Source: Psammoneis japonica (lineage: Eukaryota). From it: a DNA stretch of 64,000 nucleotides. The stretch is taken from assembly GCA_008632985.1 (NCBI GenBank), contig QPGO01000147.1:62001-126000 (forward strand), written 5' to 3'. Position numbers and translations under genes: made by a program. The notes beneath the pieces were generated by a model. It was given only the letters and a program-made list of their open reading frames with translations, was not told the DNA's origin and made no database searches. Below are positions 1-11,816 of this stretch, piece after piece (the first letter of the stretch is position 1; each line of letters begins with the position of its first letter).

Positions 1-2270
1 GATTAGAGTCCGGAGTCGGAGAGAAAAACTCGAATCATTGCTGCTTATAAAGCTCTGTGAACGAGATCGGTCGTCGGATTTTCGCATGTCTATTGCGTCC
101 GCAAGCATCGAGGCCCCAAATTCTATGGACATGCTTCGGATCGTAAGCAGTGGTTGAATGGCAGAAAATTCATTCGCGCTTTATGGATAAAGGTGACACC
201 TCTGTGTTCTGGAGGACAAGCTACATCGCGTCCTTGGGATCGCCTTTGACGAGGACTCGCATGCTGTGCTACAAGAGATCGATGCTGTCCGCGAGGGGCG
301 AGGGGTCTCCAGTTTCGCACCCCAGATGGCTTGCATTCGAGGTAGAGCAAAACCTGCAGAATCGGCCGAGTCAGTACTCTATCGTACGCCAGCTCCTGAA
401 GAATCCAAACAGTGTGATTCAATTGAACATGGGTCTTGGTAGGTCAATCTCAGGAGCCCGAGATTTGCGACTAGTATGAGTTAGTCTGTCTTACCCATCG
501 CCTTTTGTCGCTTCGTAGGCAAGACACGTGTCATCGTTCCAATGCTGATCCTGGAGTACATGTCTTCAACGCGCATCAGCCGTCTGAATATGCTTCCTTC
601 CATTGTCGATGAAGCTATGGAGTACTACCGAACATTTCACGTCGCATCAGTGCAACGCATCAAGCTGTTCGCTTTGCCCTTTGATCGTGATATTCCTTTA
701 GATGATGTGATTGCCGGCCAGCTGACTGACGAGATCCTAAAGCAGAGAAACTCTCTTCTACTGAAGCGATATGATCAAGACGTGTTCGTACAGGGCTTGA
801 ACGAAAGCTTCGTTGACATACTCGACGAAAGTGACTCCATTCTAAGCCATGATTTCCAACTCGTATACGCGCTCAGGGGCTCAGGTGCCGCTTCCGGCCG
901 AGCCGTTGGCAGGTTGTGCAAGCTCTCCTTACTGTCTTGGCTCGACGTGAGAGCAAGGAGCTTCGCACGATATTGCAAGACTGCGAACGGGTGCACACTG
1001 AGCGAAGTAAGCGTGGTTCGTTTCCCAAGATTCGTCTACTGTTGATTTTTCGAGGGCACGAGCGTGAGTTAAGAGCTGCTGTTGCTAAACAGCTTGTAGC
1101 TCGTCCACCCCATAAACTTCGCTGGATGAAGGAAGTGCCGACTAAAGAAGTGGATGTCCTTGTCCGCATGCTAACGGAACCTAACTTCGAACACTGTGTG
1201 GAGGTGGTTTAGTCAAGCCCCCTATTCAAAGAATACGAAAGCCATATAATTGCAGCTCGAGGCTTCATTGCCTATGGTTTGATGTTTCACGGGCTCGAGG
1301 CAAGGTATCGCGTGACGTATGGCTTGACAGAATCTATCTGAGTGCTTCGTGTACTTTTGATGAGAGTCGATGCCGAGGATCGAACATGAGACTCCGGATG
1401 GATGCGGTTGCGATGGTAACAATTGAACCAAAGCAAACCAAGGACAAGTTCTTCCAAGGTTGTGCTCGCTTGAGGCAGCTGCGCCCCGACGGGCAGTCTC
1501 TAGTTCTCGCTGGTACATAGCAGGATGTTTCAGCCCAGACAACAACAAAACGAGTGCTCAAGGCTATTTTGCATCGCACAGCAGTAATTACGCTGGCCGA
1601 TTTCTTTCGCAGCAAAGTGGACAGCATTGCCGTAATCGAATTGTCCCTTGCTAATCTGTTCTGCACTCCGAACTTCTTGAGGACTATCCAGGTTTTTGAG
1701 TCAGCCGCGGATTTGTCTCTGTACCTCCGCCCACTTAACGCTGTACTTCTGGCGCCTCAAGATCGACTCGTCTTGCTTTCGGCATATGAACTGGATATGA
1801 GCTACTGTCTTTTTGGTGGAACGCAAAGACAAAGTCGAACGCGACGCTTCAGCATCTTTTCACGCTTGCTTCCAAGTAATGCTTGGGCTGGGACCAGGCC
1901 AAGACAACTGATGAAAAAATGGCCCTCGCGAAACTATTTCGAGGGCACGTGCAGTTGACTGAAAGGAACAAGAGACACTTGGCAAGGCATTGCGCAATGC
2001 ACCAGAGTCCCATTTGGTCGTTCAAGAGCTGCTTGGCATGCGTGGACGCCTGAATTATTACGACGGGAGTGACCTTGAAATCATCTCAACAAAGTTCTGT
2101 CGTTAACTGCAAAAGTAGAAACATGTGTTTTAATCCTAGTTCCATGTACTCTGCGCTCTTTTGTCGTGGAGCCTGGCTGCGGGAATGCATGCCTTCAAGC
2201 ATGGCATAGCTAGCTTGCGGCATTCTGTCTTTCGTTTGGTCATTCTGTACAAGGTTATTCTGATGCCTGT
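1..2270 (+). pseudogene. Possible degenerate coding remnant (fragmented + strand ORFs, product unknown)
   Basis: A chain of overlapping, frame-switching + ORFs (150-479, 542-1045, 916-1212, 1554-1958) with protein-like composition and a plausible short intron near 474-518 (gtatgag...cgtag). No family recognised. Confidence 0.25.
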
Positions 2271-5200
2271 GGGAGAATCTGCGTTTCAGTGACAAATCGC
2301 TGTGAACGGGACGCAGTGCCAGCAAACAGAGATTCCCAACTGTGATTGTCGATTGTTGCCACGACGCAATCAACAAAAACACTGTCACAGCCAACCAACG
2401 TGAGTTTGGACTTACTGCATCCAGAGGCATGGGAGAGTTGTTGAACAGATGACCCAATGACTGCAGCAAACTGATGCAAAACACAAGTCCAAAGTCACAG
2501 AAATGTGTGTTCACGACATGCGGCTCACATGATCAAAAAAAATGTTCATGTGTCACAGTCCAGCAGTGTGGGGTCCCACCCAGAGTTGGACATGATGATC
2601 ATGCAGAGTGTGGCATTGACAATGAGTGCAAGTGGAAATTGGCTTCAAGTGGCAGATTTTGAGAACTTCATTTGTCATTTGTCAGGGGGTGTTCTTCCAC
2701 CAGCAGGTCAGCATGCTCAAACCCACCTGCCAGGAGCCATTCCAACAGATGGGCCAGCTCTTTTCAAAAGATTGGGAAACCATGGCTCTCAAACATGACA
2801 AGCTCTTTTTTCAAGCTGGTGTGTGCAGCATTTTTTAGGGTTCTTGTCTTTGGAGAGGACTGGGCTCACCTGAGAACAAAACTCAAAAACAAATTTGAAA
2901 GGCTTGCCATCAGCAGTGGGAGAGAACACTCACTCACAACACCAACCTGGTTGGTGCAAAACTTGGACTTGCAATGAGTGCATCAGCAACAACTGGATGA
3001 TGCCATGATCATTTTGCACAGCAAAAAAATGATTGAGTGGATTTTGTGTAAAAAAGTGCTGGCAAATGTTAAATGAGTTGGGAAAGGCCACATGACAGTC
3101 AGCAGCCAGGTGGGCTGTGATGTCAAGATCCCATCTCACACTGTGGGGCAGAACATTTTGAAGTCGCGCACACAGCATTTGAGGGGCAAAAATTGCTGCC
3201 AGACTGGCATTTGCACGAGGCATGCCATGGTGCACTTGAGTGCGACATGAGCATGCAAACACTGGCTGGTGACACAACTTGCTTGTTGTGGAGCAACAGC
3301 AAGGATGTGCCAGCACTGTTTGCAGATTTGAAGCCAGGGGGTGGCAGTCAACACTTGCCTTTGCCCTGGTCTTTTTTTGAAATTGGGGAGCAATCCAGTG
3401 GCCTAGAGCATGTGCAGGTGAGCACATCAAAATCTCTTTTTTGCTGGTCACACCCTCCAAATCATGCAAGAAACATGCTCATCATTTGTGCAACACTTGC
3501 CAACACAGCTGCAGAGTGACAAGCTGGTGCATGCCATTGCCTTGGGACGCTGTCAGCTGAAATGTAAAAAAAAGGAGCTCTCAGTGGCATCGCATTGTCC
3601 CCACTCAAACACTGAACACAGAAGTCTCCATCCAGTTGAGAGCAACACTTGTGCTTTGTGCAAGCAAGGCCCCTTTCTGACAACCAATGGCTCATCAAGT
3701 GCACTTTGTTGTTGCATGTCATGAACATTGGCAAAGAGGGTTTTGTGTGCAAACTTTGCTGCTCTGTCATTGACCACAACATCTTTGTCTTGAGCTGCAA
3801 GCTCTGGTGCCATCATCTTTTGCATCTGCTGCTGCTGCTGCCACAGCTTCTGCTGTTGTCTCTGTGCACCTGTGCCAGTGGCAACACTCCCACTTGGACA
3901 TGAAGATTTGTGTCAGGAACAGCCAACCAAGATGACCAAAAATGCAATGGAGAGGTGACGTTTCCTTGCCAAACACCACATCTGCAGCGTCAGTGGGGCA
4001 ACTGCAGCAGCTCACTTGGCTGAAGACAAGGCAGCCACATGCCCAGCCTGTGCCAGGAAAGCATGGGACATTGCACCCAAAGCCATGAACAGCTGGCACA
4101 TCCAAGAGATTGTCTTGGTGTTTGTCAATTTGTGTGCCTTTGGCCAGAGAAAGAGGAGCATCTGGCATGTGGGTGTGCTTTCAACATGGCACCCACTCAA
4201 CATGGCACCCACTGCAGCAGTGGCCAACTTGACCTTGAGTGTGGTGCATGCCATCTCACATCCATTGCAGAAGCTGAGGCTGGCTGCAGTCACCACCAAG
4301 GCAAAGCTTGGCCAGCAAAAACGGCCCCTGCATTCCCCCACAATTTGCAACCTGGCAAGCATCCTTTCGCAAAGACTGCTGAAGTTTTGCCGCTTGCCAA
4401 CCAGCACACACTCAGTCTTGCCAACCCCAAAATCACTGCATGGATTGCAAACACACACTTCCATTGCTGTCACCACCATTGCTGTGTTGACAAGACTTGC
4501 AGCTCAATCTGAGCTGTGCATGCAAATTCACCATGTTTTCCACAATCGTCATTGCATCCTTCACTGCAACACTGTCTGTCTGCCCTGCAAAAACAACCTC
4601 TCACCCCAATCTTTTAACAAAAAAGTTGACAAGAGCACTGGGAGGCTCTCGTCTTTGTTTGGGACATCATCAAAAACAGGAGGTTGACAAGGACAGCAAG
4701 AGAGGGGCACGCAAGGGCAACTTTGCAGCTCCCTTTTTTCTGTGGTTGAAGCAAGAAATGGGCCCTGAGATCTTTTCAATTGCGTGTGGGTTGCTGTTTG
4801 CTTCTGTGCAGCAGCTGCACAGAGCATGGCACTGACACAAAGTGCAAACTTTAAAACTGGCTTCAGATGGCAAATTTTGAGAACTCTGTTTTGTCAGACG
4901 ATGAGCTCCAACTCCTGTGGCTCGTTGCCTTTTTTCTGGCCAGCATGTCATGCCCCTGGCAGGCTGGGCATGAAAGCACTCAAAGTGAGCAAGGAATCAA
5001 AAAGCTGAAACCCAAGTTGAGAATCTGAGTGACGCTTGCTTGCGTGACAAAACTTCTTTGTTTTTGCTTCGACAAACTCGCCAGCTTTTTTCAAAGTGCC
5101 AGTGGAGCAGCGCCCAAAAATGGTGTGTGTGCCTGTTTCTAACAAGCGCACACAATGCATTTTCATCTGAGCTTTCTTTGGAAAGAACATTGAGCCAAAG

Positions 5201-5280
5201 CATTTGCTGCATATGAAAAAGGGGTTGGCAATGTGCAGGCCAACCACCACTTGCTGGCAACCACCGCTTCACTCAATCTA
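2270..5280. repeat. TpA- and CpG-depleted, TG/CA-rich decayed repeat island 1
   Basis: Manual count for 3001-3600 gives about 4 TA and about 6 CG. The six-frame ORFs are Cys/His-rich and nearly Tyr-free. Composition returns to normal after about 5280. Confidence 0.75.
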
Positions 5281-5662
5281 ATCACAGAAGCGGGGAAGCA
5301 ATAAAAGCCATGCGAATCCAAGACAAATTCACACGTGATTTATTCAGTCAAAAGTCTGAAGTGAGACATTTCGATTGTGTCATTCGTCATTGGAATGCTA
5401 AATAACAGGGTTGGAGGGAAACAAATTTTACGTTACTAATGACCTCCATTAGTTACCCACTTGAAAGTCTTTTTAAAATGACTCTTATGATTTCTTGATG
5501 ACTTTGAGGGCATATTCCTTTCAACAATAGCCCACCTGAATGCCATGACCCATGATACATCAAAGTCATCATCACCGCCTTTTTAAAAATACGGTACTGT
5601 ACCAATTAAACGAGACAACACCAGCATCTTCGCACTCCTCATCAAGAAACAGCGAAGAGACC

Positions 5663-7180
5663 ATGACGAGAGGCTCTAGTGTGTTTCCCTTACTGTTTGC
5701 TCTATCTACAGTAGCATCGGGAGCTCGGACCGTGTCACAGACCGACGTCAATGAGAACCTCCCGAAACGGTTGAGAAATTTTGATAAGATTTTCACTCTT
5801 CCGAGAAGACTTAGTAGCAGTGTGAGTGGAAGTGGAAGTGGTAGTGGTAGTGGAAGTTGGAGTGGAAGCGGCAGTGACAGTGGGAGTGGAAGTGGCAGCG
5901 GGAGTGGCAGCTATGCAACGCCGGCTCAAACGAAAGCGGAAGCAGCTAACAATAACGACGCTGTCAGTAGCTTAAGCGTCAACAGAAAACCTGCAGGAGG
6001 GGGGCTTACGGCAGGGGCAAGTAATATTCAGTACAAAGTTTCTCCAGAATTAGAAGACGACGTTTCAACCTGCGGTGGAAGCAAAACTTTCTTCGCCGAT
6101 GTCCTAGTTGAGCATTATCTTGAGGACGCAGAGGACCTTCCGGGAAGCCTACTGAAACAGATGGAAGACATATTTCGTGATACCTACAACTCTCTAAACA
6201 CTCCGAGAACTAATCAGGCTGTGTGTGATGCAGGCAAACTGCGCTATGTTGATAAAGTGGAGGTTTTTGCCAAGGACAACATCTACAGGCAACTGGACGG
6301 GCAGAAGCTTGCTCGCCGCAATTTCTTTTACCGCGTGACTGCAAAGTGCATCAACTGCGACAAGGAAGCGACTACAATCTTTGATACGGCGCCTCATCGA
6401 AAGGAGGTCGCGATAATTGCACTGATGGATGATGCAGAATCTACAACCTGCACATGTAGTGCCAAGAACGACAATAGAAGAGCTCCCACCGAAGTTGAAT
6501 TTCGAAATGCGTTTCGCAAAAACATCAAGGGACTTGTAGCTGAAGGATCCCTGATGAACATAAAAACAGCGGACAAGGTTGTCGAATATGATGTTGTTGA
6601 CTGTAAAGGAGGCGATGACAAGTTTGAGACGGAGGTGTATGTGGATCTTTCGGAGGAACCAGAGGTTGAAAGTATTCCACATCTGGAGAATGGATTTCTC
6701 AATTCGTACAATAAGCTTGCTGTTTCATTCTGTGATCCAGAGCATCATTTTATAGAACAAGTGGACATGGAAGACCACGTGAGATTCTTGGAGGAGGTTG
6801 TCGTAAAGAAGAAGAAAAGGAGAAGAAAGTTCAGGGTCAAGGGCAGGTGCAGGGGATGTAAGAGTCTTTCGGGGCTATTTAATGATGCAGTCGATGCTGT
6901 CACCAAGACAGATGGGACGAAAAGAAATCTCCGTGCCGGTGGCGAAGGCGGTCGTCGTCGAGCCATCAGGAGTTACGGCGGTTTCGACTTTCGCCACACG
7001 AAAAAAGATGGGATGGACGAATGCTTTTGTGCAGCGCGTCCACTAGCACGGCGAGCTCCTAACGAGGTTGAGGTTCGAGATTCCTTCAACAATATTCTTA
7101 TTCAGGGTAATAAAAGGGGCTATGTGAAGCAAGCAATTGTCGCCGAGGAAGTGAGTTCTGCTGGAGAATCTTCGTCGTAA
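5663..7180 (+). CDS. Secreted diatom-type protein with Gly-Ser repeat and two tandem Cys-containing domains
   Basis: Signal peptide MTRGSSVFPLLFALSTVASGA from ATG 5663, an RRL motif before a (GS)n tract, and two internally homologous domains (F..TYNSL..CD / FLNSYNKL..CD; RVTAKCINC / RVKGRCRGC; RRAPTEVEFR / RRAPNEVEVR). Confidence 0.8.
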   Translation: MTRGSSVFPLLFALSTVASGARTVSQTDVNENLPKRLRNFDKIFTLPRRLSSSVSGSGSGSGSGSWSGSGSDSGSGSGSGSGSYATPAQTKAEAANNNDAVSSLSVNRKPAGGGLTAGASNIQYKVSPELEDDVSTCGGSKTFFADVLVEHYLEDAEDLPGSLLKQMEDIFRDTYNSLNTPRTNQAVCDAGKLRYVDKVEVFAKDNIYRQLDGQKLARRNFFYRVTAKCINCDKEATTIFDTAPHRKEVAIIALMDDAESTTCTCSAKNDNRRAPTEVEFRNAFRKNIKGLVAEGSLMNIKTADKVVEYDVVDCKGGDDKFETEVYVDLSEEPEVESIPHLENGFLNSYNKLAVSFCDPEHHFIEQVDMEDHVRFLEEVVVKKKKRRRKFRVKGRCRGCKSLSGLFNDAVDAVTKTDGTKRNLRAGGEGGRRRAIRSYGGFDFRHTKKDGMDECFCAARPLARRAPNEVEVRDSFNNILIQGNKRGYVKQAIVAEEVSSAGESSS

Positions 7181-7320
7181 CCTTGTTGTCACCATAACAT
7201 CACAACCTATCTTTAAATAGTAACTATCGTCATCTATCTCGGCTTGAGATTGGTACCAATCGCAAGAACCGTTTTGCATGGAAAATTACAGCACGTTACA
7301 GTTTATATTGCAAGTATTCA

Positions 7321-7752
7321 CTAGCTAGCATTGCTGTTGTATCTGTATTCCTCTTGAACACGGTAGGGCTCGGTTAGAATCCAGTTCTTCTTCTTTTTCA
7401 GTTCTCGATCACAGCAGCGCTTGTAGTAGGCAACAAATAGTTTGCATTCGTCCAATGGATTGTCGTTGGGACTAGGTAGAGCACCCGACGGGTCGTTACT
7501 ATCATTCTCAGGCTTCTTGATTGGTTCCTGCTGCTTTTGCTGCGCGGGCAAGTCGTCATAGTAGCTTTTGGCGTATCCAGCCTTTTCCAAGTCCCGGGCC
7601 TTTTCAGTTGCTTCATGAGCTAGACAAGAAAAGAGCTTTTCCGCGTGGCGTTCACATCCTTTGGGTTGTACTGGGAAATAATCCGGCAGCGTTGTTACCT
7701 CGTCCATGTGTGGCGTGCCACTGAGAGCATCGCGAATTCGACCCCAAACCAT
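7321..7752 (-). CDS. Small twin CX9C-motif protein (candidate mitochondrial intermembrane-space protein)
   Basis: 143-aa ORF containing C-ERHAEKLFS-C and C-KLFVAYYKR-C, both exactly CX9C. Confidence 0.7.
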   Translation of the reverse strand: MVWGRIRDALSGTPHMDEVTTLPDYFPVQPKGCERHAEKLFSCLAHEATEKARDLEKAGYAKSYYDDLPAQQKQQEPIKKPENDSNDPSGALPSPNDNPLDECKLFVAYYKRCCDRELKKKKNWILTEPYRVQEEYRYNSNAS

Positions 7753-7987
7753 GTTTTGTGTTTAAAAGTTTTTCGTGCGAACAAATAAGTAAATATCTTA
7801 CGAAGCGTGACGAGTGTATCCACAAGATGAAAAAGAGAGCAACAACCGCAAAAGGCCTTGCTTAACAATGCTTTTCGTAGAGGGGGCAACGGGATAAATG
7901 AGTCAGGCGTTTACGCATGATGATGGTTGTGTTTCTCCGATCCAGATCGAAATGGCGGGAACACAGCGACCGTCTAATGGACCATCG

Positions 7988-8028
7988 GATAATTATCGAT
8001 AATTATCGATAATTATCGGATAATTATC
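7988..8028. repeat. Tandem array of the palindrome GATAATTATC x4
   Basis: Copies at 7988, 7998, 8008 and 8019, read directly. They lie in the divergent intergenic region between the genes starting at 7752 (-) and 9461 (+). Confidence 0.9.
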
Positions 8029-9460
8029 GGCATATTTTCACATTCGTGGCCGCATAAAAGGAAAACGAAAAAAAGAGGGGATTGCGCATTACTGTAAGGC
8101 ACGTTGCAAATTCACGACGCTTCTGGGCCACGTCCGCGCGGCCATCGCTGTGATTTTCGACAAAACGCTCATAACCCATAAAATCAATGTTTCTTCATCC
8201 AAAACGCAGACACGCGACGCAACTCAAGTCGACCATGAGATCGGTTGCGGCGGCGGCAATATTTAACACCAAGTGTAAGAAACACCTGGATAGTATGTTA
8301 AAACCTCATTATGATCATATGGTAAGGGTGCTAAAGCAAGAAATCTTCATTTGATGCCTTTAATCGTCATCTGAACTTTTCACTCAATTTCTTTGTGTCT
8401 TCTGCATCCGACACGACAGCAAATGTTTTGAAGGTGTACAGTGGAATGTATTATGCAGGTACCCATGACTTGGACGATATATTCGATAAAGGTGACATAG
8501 AAAGTCACAAGCTCTTTCTTTGGCAGTGTTTTCCGTGTCAAAAACAAAAGCAAGCGCGGCAATCCTTGCTGTCACGATCATTTTCGACAATCAAATCGGC
8601 TCAATGTCTACATTAAACCATCCAAAAGTTTCAACCTACGCCTCATACTCCTCCCTCTATGCCTAAATGAGACGATCCTGGGTGGTTGTCAGAAGTCAAG
8701 AATCCATGCGAGTTCCTGAGGAGCCGCAAGCAGTTGGACCTCTGATCCTGTGAATGTACCAGCTCCAACCAAATCGATGCGGAGCACAGCTTAAATTGTT
8801 CATATTGTCTGCAAAGATGCTTTTTTATGCGGTCAATGCTTCTTAAGATCGGGATCAAACTGTAGAAAATACTACCAGTGACTGGTAATTGACGATAGCT
8901 GGCCGGAACCCTTTTTACGGACACCCATTTTCATCATTTTGAGTGCACGGAACGATGCGTAGTTTGTTAATAATGTAGATTTAAGGCTTAACAATAGTCC
9001 AGGAAGCATCCACTACATAGAAGGACATTGAATATGAGTAGTGGCAAGAGTCAACAAAAACAATAAGTGCCATTGAAGCCCAAAAGTGGATTTGATCCGG
9101 AACTTGGTGAGCGCAAGCAGTTCTCTCTTGAAGGCTCCAAGCGCTAGAAATCATCACTTCAATGATAAGAATGCTGTAGATTATAAATGCGTAATATGAT
9201 AAATTAGCATGGACTAGTGCTTATAATTGCTAGTTAAAACTAGGAGTCGTCTAATACGACGTACAAACATGAATGAGGGTCTAACATACAAAGATCTCTA
9301 CGGAGGTTATAAGTTTAATAAATTTCGAAAAATCTTTTGCGCACCGCGAGCCGCGAGCGACGCACTTTCACTAGTTGCGTTCAATCAAGCTTGCTGTTAC
9401 TCAGCTTGCCACCAACAGTTTTTTGTGTCATCTTTTCGTTTTGTTGTAGTCCGAATCAAC

Positions 9461-10954
9461 ATGACAAAGATGAAAAGCCGCCGCAGTGTAGCTCTTGTGC
9501 TGCTATTATGCTTCACGGTTGGCAATGCGTTGATTGCCAATCCGTCGCTGGCGGGCAAAAAGCCACCAAGCACGGCGAGAACAGGTCCGGTTGTCAAGAT
9601 GACATCGGACGCTGTCGCCGCCGAACTGCCCCGCGGTGGAGAAGGAGGTGGTACTGCTACTATTCCCAACGAAGTCTTCAATCTTGTCAAGAGTATTGTT
9701 GGAGCGGGTGTGTTGAGTTTGCCGGCGGGTATCGCAGCTTTCGGCAACGCACCGTCTGCCGTCATTCCGGCTTCCATTCTTATTGCTCTCATGGGCGGTG
9801 TCTCGGCTTATACATTTGCATTGATTGGTCGTGTCTGTGCTTCTACCAATACGAGCTCGTATTCTCAAGCTTGGGATAAGGTGGTGGGAACCTCCACCAG
9901 TTGGCTTATTGCGCTAAGCTGTGTTGTGGATTGCTTTGCTGGAAACTTATCGTACAGCATGATTTTGGCTGATACCTTTGTCAGCATCTTGGCTGCTATG
10001 GGGATTGCAGTAACTCGTACTCAGTCCCTATTGGGTGTAACGGGTCTTTTATTGACTCCACTTTGTCTCATGAAGAACCTTAGCAGTCTTGCACCCTTTT
10101 CTCTGGTTGGGATTATGGGTATGCTCTACACGCTTGTCGCCATGACGATTCGTTACTTGGGCGGAAACTATGCGCCTCCGGCTGGTTCCTTTTTGAGTAG
10201 CATTGCGGCACAGCCATCCTTTGGTTCTGTCGGTGCCTCTGGAGTGTTCTCGGCCAAGTCCTTGATTTTGACGTGCATGTTGAGCAACGCCTACATTGCT
10301 CACTTTAACGCGCCCAAGTTTTATTCGGAGCTCAAGAACAACACCATGCCGCGATTCTACCAAGTGATTGCATGGAGTTTTGGAATCTCGGTTCTAATCT
10401 ATGCCATCATGTCGGCTGTTGGATTCCTCACTTTTGGTGCCGCGTGCAATGGTCTCATTCTCAACAATTATTCTACCAAGGATTTTATTATGAGTTTGTC
10501 ACGGGTTGCTGTGACCATTTCCATTATCTTCTCGTAAGTGTCCTGTATTGTGTTTGTTACGAGTTGACTCCTCCGTAAGCTTACTGCTTCCCTCTTGTTT
10601 TTCACAAGCTATCCCTTGATCTTTGTCGGGACCCGTGATTCTCTTTTGGACTTGTTCAAGGTGGATAACTCCAAGCGCACTCCATCCATGCTCAACAAGG
10701 TAACCTTTGGTATTTTAGCTGTCGTTACGGCAATGGCCTCCAAGTTAACCGACTTAGGCCTTGTTGCATCCGTCGGTGGCGCAACCTTTGGAACGGCTCT
10801 GGTGTTTATCTATCCGACAATTATGCACAGGATCAACCTCGTCAACGAAGGAAAACCAAAGAGCCTTGAACGCGTGTGGTCTCTATTGATTTGTGCCTTA
10901 GGTGTTGCCATGGGAGGCATTGGCACCTACATGTCCTTCAAGGGCGCAGCTTAA
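9461..10954 (+). CDS. Amino-acid transporter, Aa_trans/SLC38-like (AAAP family), paralog 1; exons 9461-10533, 10609-10954
   Basis: Motifs FNLVKSIVGAGVLSLP, AHFNAPKFY, GFLTFG..GLILNNY and multiple TM helices. N-terminal signal-like peptide. Splicing the intron 10534-10608 (gtaagt...ag) restores F-S-Y-P. Confidence 0.92.
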
Positions 10955-11816
10955 AACTACTCTGTGTATCTTTATGACTATTTGAGTCAAAGTAAGGAAT
11001 CTTGTGCTCGTTGATAGTTGTAACACCAAAGAAACTACGTGCTCCCGTCCTTGTCCTTGTCCTCTAGAAAGCCTCTCGCGTCGGTTGTTGTCGGCACTTT
11101 CCATGCGTGAGTCAACCTTGTAGTTCTTCTTCTTTACTGCATTCCGTGATGCCAGAGGCCCACTCGTGTTCCTACTTTTTGAACTGAACACTGCGTCTCA
11201 TGTTGTCCGACGGACGTTTGCATTTTCTTTTGCTAGGTTGAATTGATCGGCACATATATCATGAATTCATTTTAATGCTTAATCGTAGTCGACTAGGATC
11301 CAAAACCACCACCACATGGCCTTGCGAGTTGACATGGCTACTTCTGGCTCGCTCGTGCCCATCGATTTCTTGGAGCAGTAAGGCCTGAAGCTCCAAATAG
11401 TTTAAAAGGATACAAAGGAGAACTTGAGTCGTAAGCAAGGAACACAAAATGCCCCCCGCGAGACAAGAGTGTGGCGGCATTCCGCTGTAGATCACTGCGC
11501 TCGAACCACTCGTGACTTGAAATTCAAATTTCTAAGATAGTCAGCCATCCGCCGAATGAACGCGGGTGGCGGCTCGAAGAGAAGCTGAGACGCCATCACT
11601 GTTAAGGCAGCAAGAAGAGAGTCGCCAAGTATACTCGTAGCAGATAGTGTACTAGATAGAGACAGAGAGAATACAAAAGTATAGCGAGTGCACTGTCGCG
11701 ACGTGGCTGATGACATGCAAAACTACATTTACCCACTAATCAATGTTTTGAGAAACATCCCGCGCGTGCCAGCTAAGACCAGGGAAAAGCATTGCCACCC
11801 CGTAGACCAGAGTTCC

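Noticed and set aside
2270..5280. Dense overlapping Cys/His-rich ORFs in all six frames (also 13.7-16.3, 48.6-58.9 and 63-64 kb), resembling metal-binding proteins
   Set aside because: Loss of TpA removes TAA/TAG stops and Tyr codons, and the TG/CA excess inflates Cys/His/Gln. These ORFs are compositional artefacts.
9227..9460. Upstream ORF-track extensions (also 5552, 31629, 34990)
   Set aside because: They start at non-ATG codons or give low-quality leaders. Downstream ATGs give proper signal peptides or domain starts.
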